Below, in pieces: positions 1 to 14,104 of a stretch of 32,649 nt of DNA (the stretch's first letter is position 1; the number at the start of each line of letters is the position of its first letter). The translations under genes were made by a program, and so were the position numbers. Source of the stretch: Syncephalis fuscata S228 (lineage: Eukaryota > Fungi > Zoopagomycota); the NCBI GenBank assembly GCA_025786725.1, contig JAHLTZ010000080.1:1-32649 (forward strand), in the 5' to 3' direction. The notes below the pieces were generated by a model. It did no database searches. It saw only the letters and a program-made list of their open reading frames with translations, and was not told the origin of the DNA.

Positions 1-701
1 AGCTGCATTATTGATGGAATTAAACGCTGGTAAAAAATACTTGATTTATTGAAAAAGCTGTAACGGGGACCATTACCGATTTTGCCAAAAATGCTTAAAA
101 ACACACAAATCAAAAAGTATGTTATTTAGTTAGCTGTTTAACAAGTAGTCGATTAGACATTGCTAACATCAATTCGCATAGCCATAGCTGAATATAGTAA
201 TTAATATTAACTAATTAGTACACTTTTTGATTTGTGTGTTTTTAAGCATTTTGGCAAAATCGGTAATGGTCCCCCGTTACAGTTTTTCAATAAATCAAGT
301 ATTTTTTATCAGCGTTTAATTCCATCAGTAATGCAGCTGGACATACGTAATAGCATTCATTATAACTGCATATGCTTGGATCATTGACACACAAATAACA
401 TGCAGTCTCGATGCATTTGGAATTGCGCTAGATATATAAATAGCAATACCATTACACAAAAATGGCATTTAAATTACCTTTTAGTTTCTATTATTCCCCA
501 AAATGCATCGAGACTGCATGCTATTTGTGTGTCAATGATCCAAGCATATGCAGTTATAATGAATGCTATTACGTATGTCCAGCTGCATTATTGATGGAAT
601 TAAACGATGGTAAAAAATACTTGATTTATTGAAAAAGCTGTAACGGGGGACCATTACCGATTTTGCCAAAAATGCTCAAAAACACACAAATCAAAAAGTG
701 T
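1..701. repeat. Alternating inverted-repeat array / MITE-like palindrome with ~200-bp arms
   Basis: 220-~421 is the reverse complement of ~495-701 (acactttttgatttgtgtg...atgcatttgg vs ccaaaatgcat...cacacaaatcaaaaagtgt) with a ~75-bp spacer. 1-118 is a further near-identical direct copy of 581-699, truncated by the window edge. No clear TSD. Confidence 0.85.
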
Positions 702-1561
702 GTTGATTATTTAATTAATTACTTGGTAGTAGTTATTCATGATTAGTATTGATTTATATGCCATAAATGGCCATTAATACCCGTTGTTTATTTCTACCTC
801 TACTAACTAACAAATACATTATCGATTGTTATTACATATTGTCACAGCGTGTACAATAGCATAATATCATGCTGTTAAAGTTATAGTTTACGCATTCTAT
901 AAACAATGTGCTATTTATGTGTAGTTATTGCTTTATTGGCATGAATAATGGCGTATATAAACATAGCCAATGCCATTAGTAGGTCGTGTAGTTATGCAAC
1001 ATAGTTAATGTCTAATATATAACCAATAGCATGCACCAATAACAGCATTGATATTGGCAATGGCTGTCGATATATCATGCAGTTAACAATAATTGGTGCT
1101 TTTAATAACAAAAGTGAAAACTAAAAATGTCCAATGTATTTATAACTATGTCAGTTGCATATATATCTTATTTGCAATCAACTATGCTATGGCGCAAAGC
1201 GTTGTTTTACTTGCTTGCTGTTAGAGTAGTCGTATAAACACTGTCACTTATTTGTGACAAGTATAATCAACTACAGGCATGTTGGTTAGGCACATATCCC
1301 ACTTACCATTAACTATTAACATCATGTAGATATCTGCTTGTTTGTTTATAAGCAGGACAATGGTATTAGCACTTTGCCATTGATGCAGAATAGCCATGGT
1401 CATTGTAAAAGTGTATTATTTGTTATTTCTAGTAGCTATAAACATTGTAAAAATGCAATGTTATCATTTTAATAGCTATGAATGTAGCAGAATGCACATT
1501 TTATTTCTAGTACTCTGAATGCCGATATAATGCTAGCTCAAACTCTTAAGCGTAAAACTAT

Positions 1562-3265
1562 TACATTAGTGATGTGACAATAAGTGGCGTATTGAAAGAG
1601 TGCGTTTAGCATAACTAAGTGACAAAATGCAATAAAAAATCAATAAAACTAATTTATTTAATAAATCGTTACTAGAATTATGTACAACTTTACATAAAAT
1701 AGCTCAAAATACATGGTGTTTTGCACAAGTATGCGGATAACATATGTACAACTATTGGCAACTTATAATGTAATTGTGTTGCGGGATGATGCAATGGTAG
1801 TGACGATACGTTAATAAATTTGTAAAAATAGCTGTTTTTTACTGTTTATGGTTTGTATAGTTAAAACACAGCAAAATGATTGCCGGATTCGAGTTCTCCA
1901 TGTTTGGATGTATTGTTTGGTATGACTTATAAAACAATAATTTTTGCGAAAAATGTTGACCAAAAATGCAATTTACGTTATTTTTAATACATCTAGTAAA
2001 TCGTTGCTAATACTACGTATAACTTTACGTAAAATGACGCAGATTGCCTGATATTTTGCACAAGTATGCATATGGCATATAGCTATCTATTGACAAAGCA
2101 TAGTATTGTTGTATTGCGCATTGATGCAATGGTTGCAACAATACACTAGTAAATGTGCAAAAATAGCAGTTTTATGCCGTTCATGGCTTATATAAGCAAA
2201 ATACAACAGAATGGTTGTTAGATTCGGGTTTTCCATGTTTGGATGTATCGTTTGATATAAGATTTAGAACAATGATTTTTGCAAAAAATGTTAGTCAAAA
2301 ATGCAATTTACGTAAAGTCTATTAACAAGAAAATGACCAAGTTTCATAATATTAGAAAATTTAATTTAAGAATGAGTCTATATAAAGTGAATTTAAAGCC
2401 CTCTAAAGTGTTAAAACAAAAATAATAGCAAGTTAATAAAAATAAATGACGATGCACTGTGACAATCTATGTCATTTATACATAAATACAACAAAGGTTT
2501 GTTAATAAACTTTACGTAAATTGCATTTTTGACTAACATTTTTTGCAAAAATCATTGTTCTAAATCTTATATCAAACGATACATCCAAACATGGAAAACC
2601 CGAATCTAACAACCATTCTGTTGTATTTTGCTTATATAAGCCATGAACGGCATAAAACTGCTATTTTTGCACATTCACTAGTGTATTGTTGCAACCATTG
2701 CATCAATGCGCAATACAACAATACTATGCTTTGTCAATAGATAGCTATATGCCATATGCATACTTGTGCAAAATATCAGGCAATCTGCGTCATTTTACGT
2801 AAAGTTATACGTAGTATTAGCAACGATTTACTAGATGTATTAAAAATAACGTAAATTGCATTTTTGGTCAACATTTTTTGCAAAAATTATTGTTTTATAA
2901 GTCATACCAAACAATACATCCAAGCATGGAGAACTCGAATCCGGCAATCATTTTGCTGTGTTTTAACTATACAAACCATAAACAGTAAAAAACAGCTATT
3001 TTTACAAATTTATTAACGTATCGTCACTACCATTGCATCATCCCGCAACACAATTACATTATAAGTTGCCAATAGTTGTACATATGTTATCCGCATACTT
3101 GTGCAAAACACCATGTATTTTGAGCTATTTTATGTAAAGTTGTACATAATTCTAGTAACGATTTATTAAATAAATTAGTTTTATTGATTTTTTATTGCAT
3201 TTTGTCACTTAGTTATGCTAAACGCACTCTTTCAACACGTCACTCATTGTCACATCATTAATGTA
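1562..3265. repeat. Foldback-like long inverted repeat: ~767-bp arms (1562-2328 / 2499-3265), 170-bp spacer; each arm has two diverged ~335-bp tandem subunits
   Basis: Arms read as near-perfect reverse complements (e.g. gcaatttacgtaaagtctattaacaa ending 2328 vs ttgttaataaactttacgtaaattgc from 2499). The motif ttttgcacaagtatgc recurs at ~1719 and ~2054. Non-coding. Confidence 0.9.
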
Positions 3266-4752
3266 GTTATATTACATTTAAATTGTAAATTAGCGTTATA
3301 TTACCATTTTAAAATATTATAAATAAAATTTAGCTGCAATCATATTTATTAGAAATAAATATATTATAATTACGATGGTTATATTGTTAGTATCCCAAAA
3401 TTTAGTTGGTGTTGTAACCATGTAACTGAGAAGCAAACCTTGTTTACTGTTAGCATTATTTGTACCCAGTTTATGTACTATTCTTATGTCTACTCGCATG
3501 TGATCTTGACAAGATGTTTAGGTAAATAATGCGCGTTTTAGTCACGTTATCATAACAATGTACCCAAGATATCAGGATAGTAATAGTACAAAATAAATCG
3601 CATTTAATTGTAAATAATTAGCTAAAGTACTAAAACATAGAATAGAATTAGCTTTATAACTAAACAAGATGAATTAGATGCTATTTATAAAATAGTCGTT
3701 ATGTATAGCAGTTTTATATGTAGACAAGAATAGACTTGCATAGATCAAGTGACCATTGTATAAGCTTTTACAAAATAGTAATTCAAATGTTAAGATTGCC
3801 AAAATAGCGTATTTGATATAGTAAATGGTTTTGCATTTGATACCATAGTATTGGGTTGAACAGTGCAATTACAATATTTACCAATAATAGTCGGAAATTG
3901 TCAAGTTTTATAGTTTAGTATTATTACTTTAGAAGTTTATTAAGCTCTTATGACCATGTATAGCTATAGATAAAAAAAATGCATCTTTCCCTAAATTTAA
4001 TAAACCTTTAGTAAAACTATTGGCATAACTAATGCAGCCTATATACTCTGATTTACTATGTCGTGTGTCTCAGTAAAAGTTATGCTATAAATTTCATGTA
4101 TTTGATGAATAAATACAATGAAGCATTTTAAAACTTTAGTATTATTGTTAAATCAGTAGCTGATACTTGTGTGCATATGCAATATATTTAAATAACGTGC
4201 ATCTAGTGCCACCAAATCCACATAAAAGCATAATACTTTGTTTTAGTATTGATGGATTAGCAATCAAACTGGTCATACGGATTCTTTATGCTATTTTATC
4301 TGTCTAGCATTAGCTGGTTTTATTCTACATAATATTCTGTATTCTGTGGTATAAGCTACAACACCACAACCTACGCAGTATTTGTAATATAAAACCTAAC
4401 TAACTAAATGGCATGTTGGACAAAAGCACGCCATGGCAATGTTGGAGTATAGCCATCTAACAATCAATATTGTTTTGTGTAATGATTATACAAAGTCTTT
4501 TATTTTAATAATGCAAATATCAAATATAATCGGTTAAATTGAAAATATGAGTGATGATGTACTCTACTAACTCTGATAAACAATCAAGAGAACAATTCAG
4601 CAACAATATATATATATAGTAGCAATACTAAAAGCGGATTAAAGGCATAAATTTAAACTAACAGACTAATCAACTGATGTGCTGGTTGCTAAAAAAAACA
4701 GTTTAATTAAACATAAAATCATATGAATGCAGTATATTCAATTATACGCTTT

Positions 4753-5940
4753 CTAGTTGGTAAAACCTTCGGGTCTTTTTTGTTTAAAACGGAGTAAAGA
4801 CGCCAAACTATCTCTCTTGTTTAATTGTTGTTCGCGAGGAAGTGGAGCCACCACAGGATTTTCTCCCCTTGATAACGCCATTTGACGATTACGAGCAGCA
4901 TTAGCACGATATGCCTTGTATAGAGGGCTAGAAGTGGGTGGATTATCTACTATTATCCCCAAATCCCAGTATATGTTTTCAATATACTGTAGCGCCTCAC
5001 TGAATGCATTGCTAGATTGAGTTTTCATATAAAACTCGATTAAGTTTTTCCATAGTAAAATATTTATGTTGAGAATTTCGTAATCATTTGCTCGATCAGA
5101 CATGAGATTCTTTATAGAGCGCACACGATCAACGGTAGTAAATACTATGTGCTTATTTGTGATACACGCATCTGACAATTATATTAGTATATTACTAGTG
5201 TAAACAATTAAAATGTAACTAACCACTTTCAATAGCCTCAGAAATTGTCCAATCTTTTGCCTTCATGTTGCGTATAACTATTCAGCTATGCCTTAATAGC
5301 TTATTAGTATAAATAGTATTTACTTACTTGTTACAAGTTCTGAAAATAAAATCAACCCTTCTTGTCGGCTGGTAAAGCCGTTATCTATACGACTAGAAAG
5401 CTTTTTTTTACATTCTGGCTTAACAATGAAATAGCATTTATCTTCTTTCTTGGTGGGTAACAGCTTAATAGCATGATAGAATGGCTGTGACGGAGAAATG
5501 TCTTGAGGAATGTTATGATCTCCAGTATACAGCGTCTATCAATAAAGTTATTATGTCAACAACTCAAACTAATAATAAATATACATACATCGTATAAATT
5601 AAAGGGAAAATAATTAGCAGCTTCCTTCTTTCTACATATAACTTCGCCGGTGAGTATACGATTATTTTCTGCAAAATATTTTGCTTTCATCACATATCCA
5701 TTGCTATGTTCGGTTGGACGTGATTTGATGATAAGGCCCTTGTCACCAAATGCACCAGGCTGATTTAATTCATATTCACCAACTGGAGCTGTCGCTATAG
5801 TATAACGGTTATTGGATCAATAGCAAATTTACTAAACTGTTACCTTTTTGTTTATTAAGTATGCGTGGCAATACAGCCATACTCTGGCCAACTGATAGCA
5901 GCACTAACAGTGCTAGAAGATATTTGGTTTTAGATAGCAT
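4753..5940 (-). CDS. Secreted protein (327 aa, 5 exons), probable degenerate kinase-like fold / effector candidate
   Basis: Manual splice of 5940-5844, 5794-5589, 5535-5328, 5277-5224 and 5171-4753 gives 984 nt, all GT-AG, with no internal stop. N-terminal signal peptide MLSKTKYLLALLVLLSVGQSMA. The kinase-like call is recalled family resemblance (GAFG..GLII..., CYFIV...C), not a search result. Confidence 0.75.
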
Positions 5941-6835
5941 CATTGATCTTGTAAAATGCCTAGGTTTTTGTACTTTTGTAAAATATTGTAGTAGCAACAA
6001 TAAAAATGACTAAAGTAAAGCGATTTTTTATGATAAAGCAATAAACAGTGGCGAATTATTCGATTATTTATAGCAAGTTGCAGTACAGGGCAATCGATGT
6101 GGAGTTTATTATTTAAGCAAAAAAGGCACGTTCGGATGGTGACCAATATGGAAGTGAAAAAGTTAATGGTTCGATAATCCAAAATAGTATAACGTAAACA
6201 TGGATAATAATCAAAATGCTGGATAAAATCTAGATACCGTTTTTGAATACCTGAGCTACCACGTTGATGGTCTCGTACAAATATAGTAGTGAAAATCCGA
6301 GTGTATCTAAAAAAGAATAATTGAATATAATAATTAATTCAGCTTTCTAATATATGAATCTGATCATAAAGCTATTGTTTTTTCAATTTAATATTTTTAT
6401 AAGTTTTATGATTAAAACTTTGACTATATAACATTCATTCCAGGATGGCACAATTGCAGCACATATATCGGCTTATGGCCTTTATCATCCTTTCATTTTA
6501 TTCAATTATAACATATTGCTACGTCTGATTTTAAAGTTTGTAGTCGAGATGGCTAAATGACGCATAACCCTGGCGTTATTTCATAATGCTAGGCTTTGAT
6601 GCTTGCTAATACCCGTCTTAGTGCATAGAATACAGCTGTAGGTTGGCTACTACTATTATTATTGCCATCCATGCTTAATGCATAGTGTCGACTGATTAAA
6701 AGATTTATTTTACTGCTATTTAAAACATAGTGCTATTTGTTTATTCAGAGTTATTTTATAAATGGACAAAGCTTAATGATTTACTAATGATAATGGCAAG
6801 ATGATGATGACTGTAAATAAGTCATGCTATAATAG

Positions 6836-8142
6836 TTAAATGTGATATTCTCCTCGTCTTGTTAGTAGTTGTGCATATTTTGGGTCAATGCCATTGCTAA
6901 GTAGACCTCGTCCATTGTTAATAACTGTGCTTTTATCGTAAAATGAATGAACGAGCGTTTCTGTTACCGGGCTGATATGCTTATCGTCAATACGTTGCTG
7001 ATGCATCCGATTGTCCAATTTCCCGTACAGTGTCGATGCAGCTATTACTATAGCGGTACCAAATAGAAATAGACCACTGGGCTGAAACCCGAAGAACATA
7101 TAGCTAATGACACCTGATAAAATAATGCTAATACTCGTGGCAAATCCTTTAAGAATGTTATCGGCATACTTAACAACAATGGCCACAAGTATACCACCAA
7201 GTGCCTGGTTGGTCAATACAAGCCAAGTAAACATGTTGTAGCCCTGTAACATGCCGTCCTTCATGATGGCATGTCGGTCCTGCACTAACATGGCTAGTAG
7301 GGAGAATAGCCCACCGGAAATGCCTAGTTGAATATTGCGTATCCACATACTTGTGCTGGTCGTTTTAAGAACGCGCTCAAAGTAACAGCCTGCAAATCCC
7401 GATAACAACACGCTATCATTACAGCACCAAAGCCAATCAATGGATCTTGTGCAAGATGGAACTGTGTCTGTTTTTTATCTACACCTTGATTTAAATCCTT
7501 TTCTGAGGCATGTGATGCAACCGATGTGCTAGTCGCCGTTTGTAATTGTACAAATGTAACACCCAGCATTAGTAGTCCAAGGATAGCCATTGTAGAGGCA
7601 TAATGCGTCGACCCAATATAATGACGGAGAAAATGGCTGTAGATAGGATCTTGACTTGATAAATGACTTGAAATGAAGCCGCCTCTAAATTAGACAGTGC
7701 AATGTAAAGTAGGTTATTTTGAATTGCGTACAATGCCGATGGAACCGCCATGAGCAGCAGATCCTTTGGTTGCTGTAAAATATCGCGCTTCACTCGTCGT
7801 TGAAACGAGGCCCAGGAACTCGATTGTTTATACAAAATAAATAAGCAAGTAGGCAGTTTAATAATCTCAGCCAATACAACAGCCGTTGAGGCAATGTATA
7901 CAGACTGATCGGGTGATCGTACCATGCGAGAATACCGCATCATAAGGACTAGTGCGCTATTCTGCAAAATAAGCACAATGAGCGATAGATATTTTATCGG
8001 TAAATTAAACATAAAAGGCTCGTTTGCAGCTAACACGTAAATTGGTTGTTATTATTCAATCGATATAAACATCAGGTAAACGCCTACCTTTTGCTGTTGA
8101 TATACGCGCCAATGGCAAGGAACTTGGCCGCGAGTACTTCAT
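6836..8142 (-). CDS. Nucleotide-sugar (UDP-galactose / SLC35A, Gms1-like) transporter with two apparent 1-nt frameshifts
   Basis: Motifs AVPSALYAIQNNLLYIALSNLEAASFQVIYQVKILSTAIFS, LSGFAGCYFE, WIRNIQLG, GGILVAIVVKYADNILKGFATS. Short first exon from ATG 8142, then one intron. Frame changes at ~7581 and ~7408. Confidence 0.9.
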
Positions 8143-8260
8143 GGTTTGCAACGCGTTAAAGAAACGCAAGTGCTGTGTAGTGGCAATTATGAATTAGCAA
8201 AAATTGCCAGTATATTAAACTAAAACTAAAATAGTATTACTGAAAGGAAGATTGCGTTTG

Positions 8261-8262
<2 letters not shown>

Positions 8263-8293
<31 letters not shown>
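8263..8293. repeat. (TAA)n microsatellite, ~10 units
   Basis: taataataa... run upstream of the transporter gene. Confidence 0.9.
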
Positions 8294-8294
<1 letters not shown>

Positions 8295-9208
8295 GAATAA
8301 TGAAAGAGTTAATAGAGATGACTGTGTACTTGCCGCTATTGGTGTACAGCTTATTAGAAATATGAAGTAAAAAATTGCAAAAACAAGAAGACTTACAGAA
8401 AGGCAACACTGTCTCGTTTGATTGCCGAAGTGAGACAACATTTTCACGAGCTTTAATATCCGATATTGTGTGTGTGTGTGTTCTGTTGTGGTAAAAGCAT
8501 ACGCCTGAAGCTGTGCCTATTTTCTTTTTCTTGGTCCAACAAACCTTATCCCTTAATGCGTTCACCTAAGTTTCTTCCTACAGCTTGTCTCTTTTCTTTT
8601 TCTTTTCCTTTTCAAACACCAAGCCTAGCTGGCAGGTCAACATTCTGCATTGTGCATCCATAAAAAACGCATACTACTACTCATCTAATAAATATCATGC
8701 TATCTTTTAGATTGAAATATTGTTTAATATTTATTGCTATTGTATCCATTATTGCATAGCGCTGAGACTGCTGCGGTACTATTGATAACACTGTATTTGG
8801 TCACTGTGTGACATTTGCAGATAATTGCTACAAGCATGATCGTCTAAATGATATCTAAACGATTTGCGTGTTTTCTTAATGCAGCATCTCAATAAATATC
8901 TTAAAACTAATATAGTAGTTGACGATTGCTATCTTGCAATGTAATGATAAACCAATTCAAAAAGCAACGTAGTTTAAGAAAGCCCCAGAACTTTATTGAA
9001 TTTATTAGATGACGATTAAACGTATATTTTCCTAAAATTAACAGATTTTAAAAAGCGTTGATTATCTGCTATTTAATTCATTCTACTACAACTATATTAT
9101 ATTATTATTCGATTTTATCGGCGTTAGCAAAATACTTGACTGTAGTTTTATTTTGGTTAAATAAACTGATAAAAAATGTAAATTTGTCTTTTGGTTCGCT
9201 TTTCAAAT

Positions 9209-10558
<1,350 letters not shown>

Positions 10559-10733
10559 GGATGTAAGCTTTAATGGACCAGCAAATATAGAGTGTGGATA
10601 ATAAGAAAGAAAAAACAACACGCCACCGAATCATCGAAATGTATACGTGACGCCCTGGCGTATTCTTTCTCGTTCTTTCTTTCTTTTTTCCTACTACTGA
10701 ATCTGCTTCTATTCTCTTGCATTTCAGCAGCAT

Positions 10734-12084
10734 ATGTCGGTCAAGGATAAGTTAGTATTTGCAAAGGATCAGAATGTGCTCTGCTTCCATGGCCCGCTTT
10801 TATACGAAGCCAAGGTACGCCGCATACTGCTGAGCCAGCACTGGTGGCAAACAACGAATCTTTATTTTATTCTAACAACTACTTGTATACTTGTTATTTT
10901 TATTGCTGCTATGCTTATTGCTGTATAGGTGTTAGAGGCAGAATGGTGGGAGGGTCGAGAGGATGCCGACGATGGTCCATATTATCTAGTGCACTACAAG
11001 GGATGGAAACAGCGGTAGGAACATACATGTGTAGCCTATGAGCATAGTAATAATTATATGCAGATGGGATGAATGGGTTCAAGAGACACGTATTATGGAG
11101 ATCAACGAAGAAAATCTTGGCAAACAAAAAGCGTTGAAGCAATCACACCGTACAAAAAAGTCTTCAAGCAAACAAACAGGACCTTCACATGTGGTTGGGT
11201 CGCGACACGAGAAACAGGCGAGTGTCGATGAGAAGGGAAAGAAGCGACCGCGCGATGATGCTATTGAAGGAGTAAGTAGAATAAAATGACCTATTAATAG
11301 CAATTAATATACTAATCTTTATACAATTATTAAATAGGAAGAAGATTATATAGCACGTCCTGAAGTCCGCATTCCAATTCCTGGTCCATTAAAGGTACAA
11401 TTGGTCGATGATTTTGAATGGGTTACGCGGCAACATAAGGTGGGATTATAGTATAAAGAAATGATGGAATAATACTAATCACACCATGCTGAATAGCTGG
11501 TGCCGCTACCACGCCAACCAACTGTCACGCAAATCATTGAAATGTATTGTGAATCACGCGAAACAAAACATGCCACGTAAGCAATGTTACAAATCAAATG
11601 AGCTATTAGTAACCGTTTCATAGAGAAAGCTATTTATCAGAATTTGCCGCAGGACTACGCATCTATTTTGATCGTGCACTTGGCAATCGTCTATTGTATC
11701 GATTGGAACGACAACAATATGCGAGAATACTTGAAGAATATCCAGACACGCCCATGTCGGATATCTATGGTGCTGAGCATTTATTGCGTCTATTTGGTAA
11801 GTAATCGTTTCAATAGTTTAAAATGGCTATTGATTAGTAATACATTATAGTTGAATTGCCAAAGCTATTAGCATTCACTAGTCTCGGTAAAGACGGAATG
11901 TCACGGCTTAGAGAACAGCTACTGGATCTACTGAAGTAGGTTGATCTGAGTACCAATAGTAATTATCAATATAATATTTAACATTTGAATGCTTAGATTT
12001 TTACAAAAGAATTCCAAACAGCTTTTTACAGATGCATACGAAAGTGCATCTCCTGCACACATGAACATGCTTAAAGCAACGTAG
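10734..12084 (+). CDS. EAF3: Chromodomain/MRG protein (Eaf3/MRG15), multi-exon
   Basis: [68 protein letters not shown] at 12082-12084. Confidence 0.95.
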
Positions 12085-12170
12085 TATAAACACACACACA
12101 CCACGCACGCGCACACATGCTTTGTTTACAAAGATTATTTTTCGTAATTAAATCCAAGTAGTATAAAACA

Positions 12171-13016
12171 TTAATTGGTCAATTTGGCGGTAACCTTATC
12201 ATTAAGTAGCCAGTCTGCATTGTTTGCATTGACGGCAGTCAGATGTGTGTCAAAATCCACGAGCAATCGATGAGCCTGGCTGGTAACAGCAGCTGCGGCC
12301 GTGTCAAGCGCACTTGATCCCAATTGAAACTGCGGGTTCTTGGCATCTGCGGAACTGTTGTTTGATGAGCCATTTGGCTGATTACGCGCTACCACCCATT
12401 GTCCATCGCGTGCTGTATGAAACTAAAATATAAAAAGTAACGTATTATTAATAATGCAGCCGTTTGTTTATGTCGTCTGCACTTACGATAAGAGCGTTGG
12501 TGGGTTGAGTAGTCGATAGCTTGTTGTTGTCAACCTAAATGGTATGTTGTTGTTAGTATGAATAGCTGTAGCAATGTTTGTTTTCGTTACCACTACGGCA
12601 AATGCTTCTGGTTGATATTCGCGAATTCGATTGGCAATATGCGTACCAACTAGGCTTAGCTCAGTTGAATCGAGCATTTCATTCGCTTGGTAATATCCAA
12701 TAATGGTTTGACCCGTCTTTTCACAGTAGATATCGAGCTATGTACGCGTTTGTGTTGTCTAGTTAATTGTTGATTGGATCTAGTATACGCGCCAACTTAC
12801 CTGTTCGAGAGCAATCTCTAGCATCGGTGAGAGATTCAAGCGCGTATGAAAAAGCGGCACCACGTCTGTAACGGCCACTGCTGACGTTTTAAGACTTGAT
12901 GTCGTGGCGAGTAAAACGCCGTTAACGCTAGAACATGCATGAGCAGCGACGTGCAATACAATCTTTGCATAGGCACAGCGAGATACAGTGTAGGTAGCAG
13001 GTGTGGAGGAAGACAT
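12171..13016 (-). CDS. EMC8: ER membrane protein complex subunit 8/9 (UPF0172, MPN-like), multi-exon
   Basis: AYAKIVLHVAAH..SVNGVLL, DVVPLFH..LSPMLEIAL, IGYYQANE, LVDFDTHL...DWLLN. Confidence 0.85.
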
Positions 13017-14104
13017 TGTCGTGTTGCAGTTGGTTGACTATGGCAGTCTGATATAACCGTAGTGTTCTCTGGTCAGTATATGTATGAAATGCGAACAAGC
13101 TTTATACAAAACTTGCCTGTTGAATAAACAATAAAGAATAAAAAGTACTAATGAAAAAGTGTGATGATCAGTAATTGGTGTTAATGTTTGTACAGTCATA
13201 CTAATATGCTATGTGACAAAGTAATTATGAGCACACTAGATATCAAGTAAATATCTATTGCTTTAGATTGTGTAGATTATCAGTATTTACATTAAATATG
13301 TTCAAAGTAGTAATTAAATGGCATCGGTGCATAATATTAAGATGCAATAGGATTATTGTCGGAGACATGGTTCATATGAACTGCATATTTAACTCAACAT
13401 TATATTTTATCGTCTCATATATGCACCAAATACTTGACAGCAATATAATGAAATCTATATTACGTTGTGTATTCACGCTGTGATGATAGCCAAGAATATA
13501 TATAAGATTATTGCATTCAAGTTAAACCAAAACATAAAAATCTATTAAGCTTAAAAGTAAGCAATTTTCATTCATCCCGCATGTAGGCTATTTATAAAAA
13601 AGATTATAATTTTATTCAAATACTGTATAAAAATAAATATTTAATTTAATCTTGCTATAGCTAGTTAACTAGTATTGCTTGATTGCATTTTACTTTGAGT
13701 CTCCCCAGGGCAGTAAATCATTTTACGCAATCAATTGTAACGATTTAAATAGTCGACGAGTTGATTAGATTAAATTGTGTTTAAATCATCATTCACAATA
13801 AATATTAAAACAATATTATTGTCCATTATCATTTCCATAAAACTGATTAAATGTAACAAAACATTGTATTAGTAACAATATTGAATATTTAAATAAAACT
13901 TGCATTTAATATCTAAACAATCTCACAAGGAGAAGGCCTAGCATTACTTTGTTAAAAATGCCAAATAAATTGCTTATTTTACAAGATCGACTATAAAGAC
14001 TTGAATAATTGACAAGTCGATTAAATTGATTTATATTTAGATTACTATTTGTCATCTGCATCTATTTTATTGCACTTTCCCTTTTCACTTAATATTAAAA
14101 TTTA

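Noticed and set aside
400-594. 64-aa ORF
   Set aside because: It lies within the palindromic repeat and has no protein-like features.
1200-1320. Two splice-like motifs (acttgc-ttg-ctg, acttac-cattaa-cta) suggesting a second micro-exon array
   Set aside because: Only two instances, with no periodic array and no signal-peptide exon found.
8215-8663. Short ORFs with poly-Leu/poly-Tyr
   Set aside because: They arise from the (TAA)n and (TG)n microsatellites in a promoter/UTR region.
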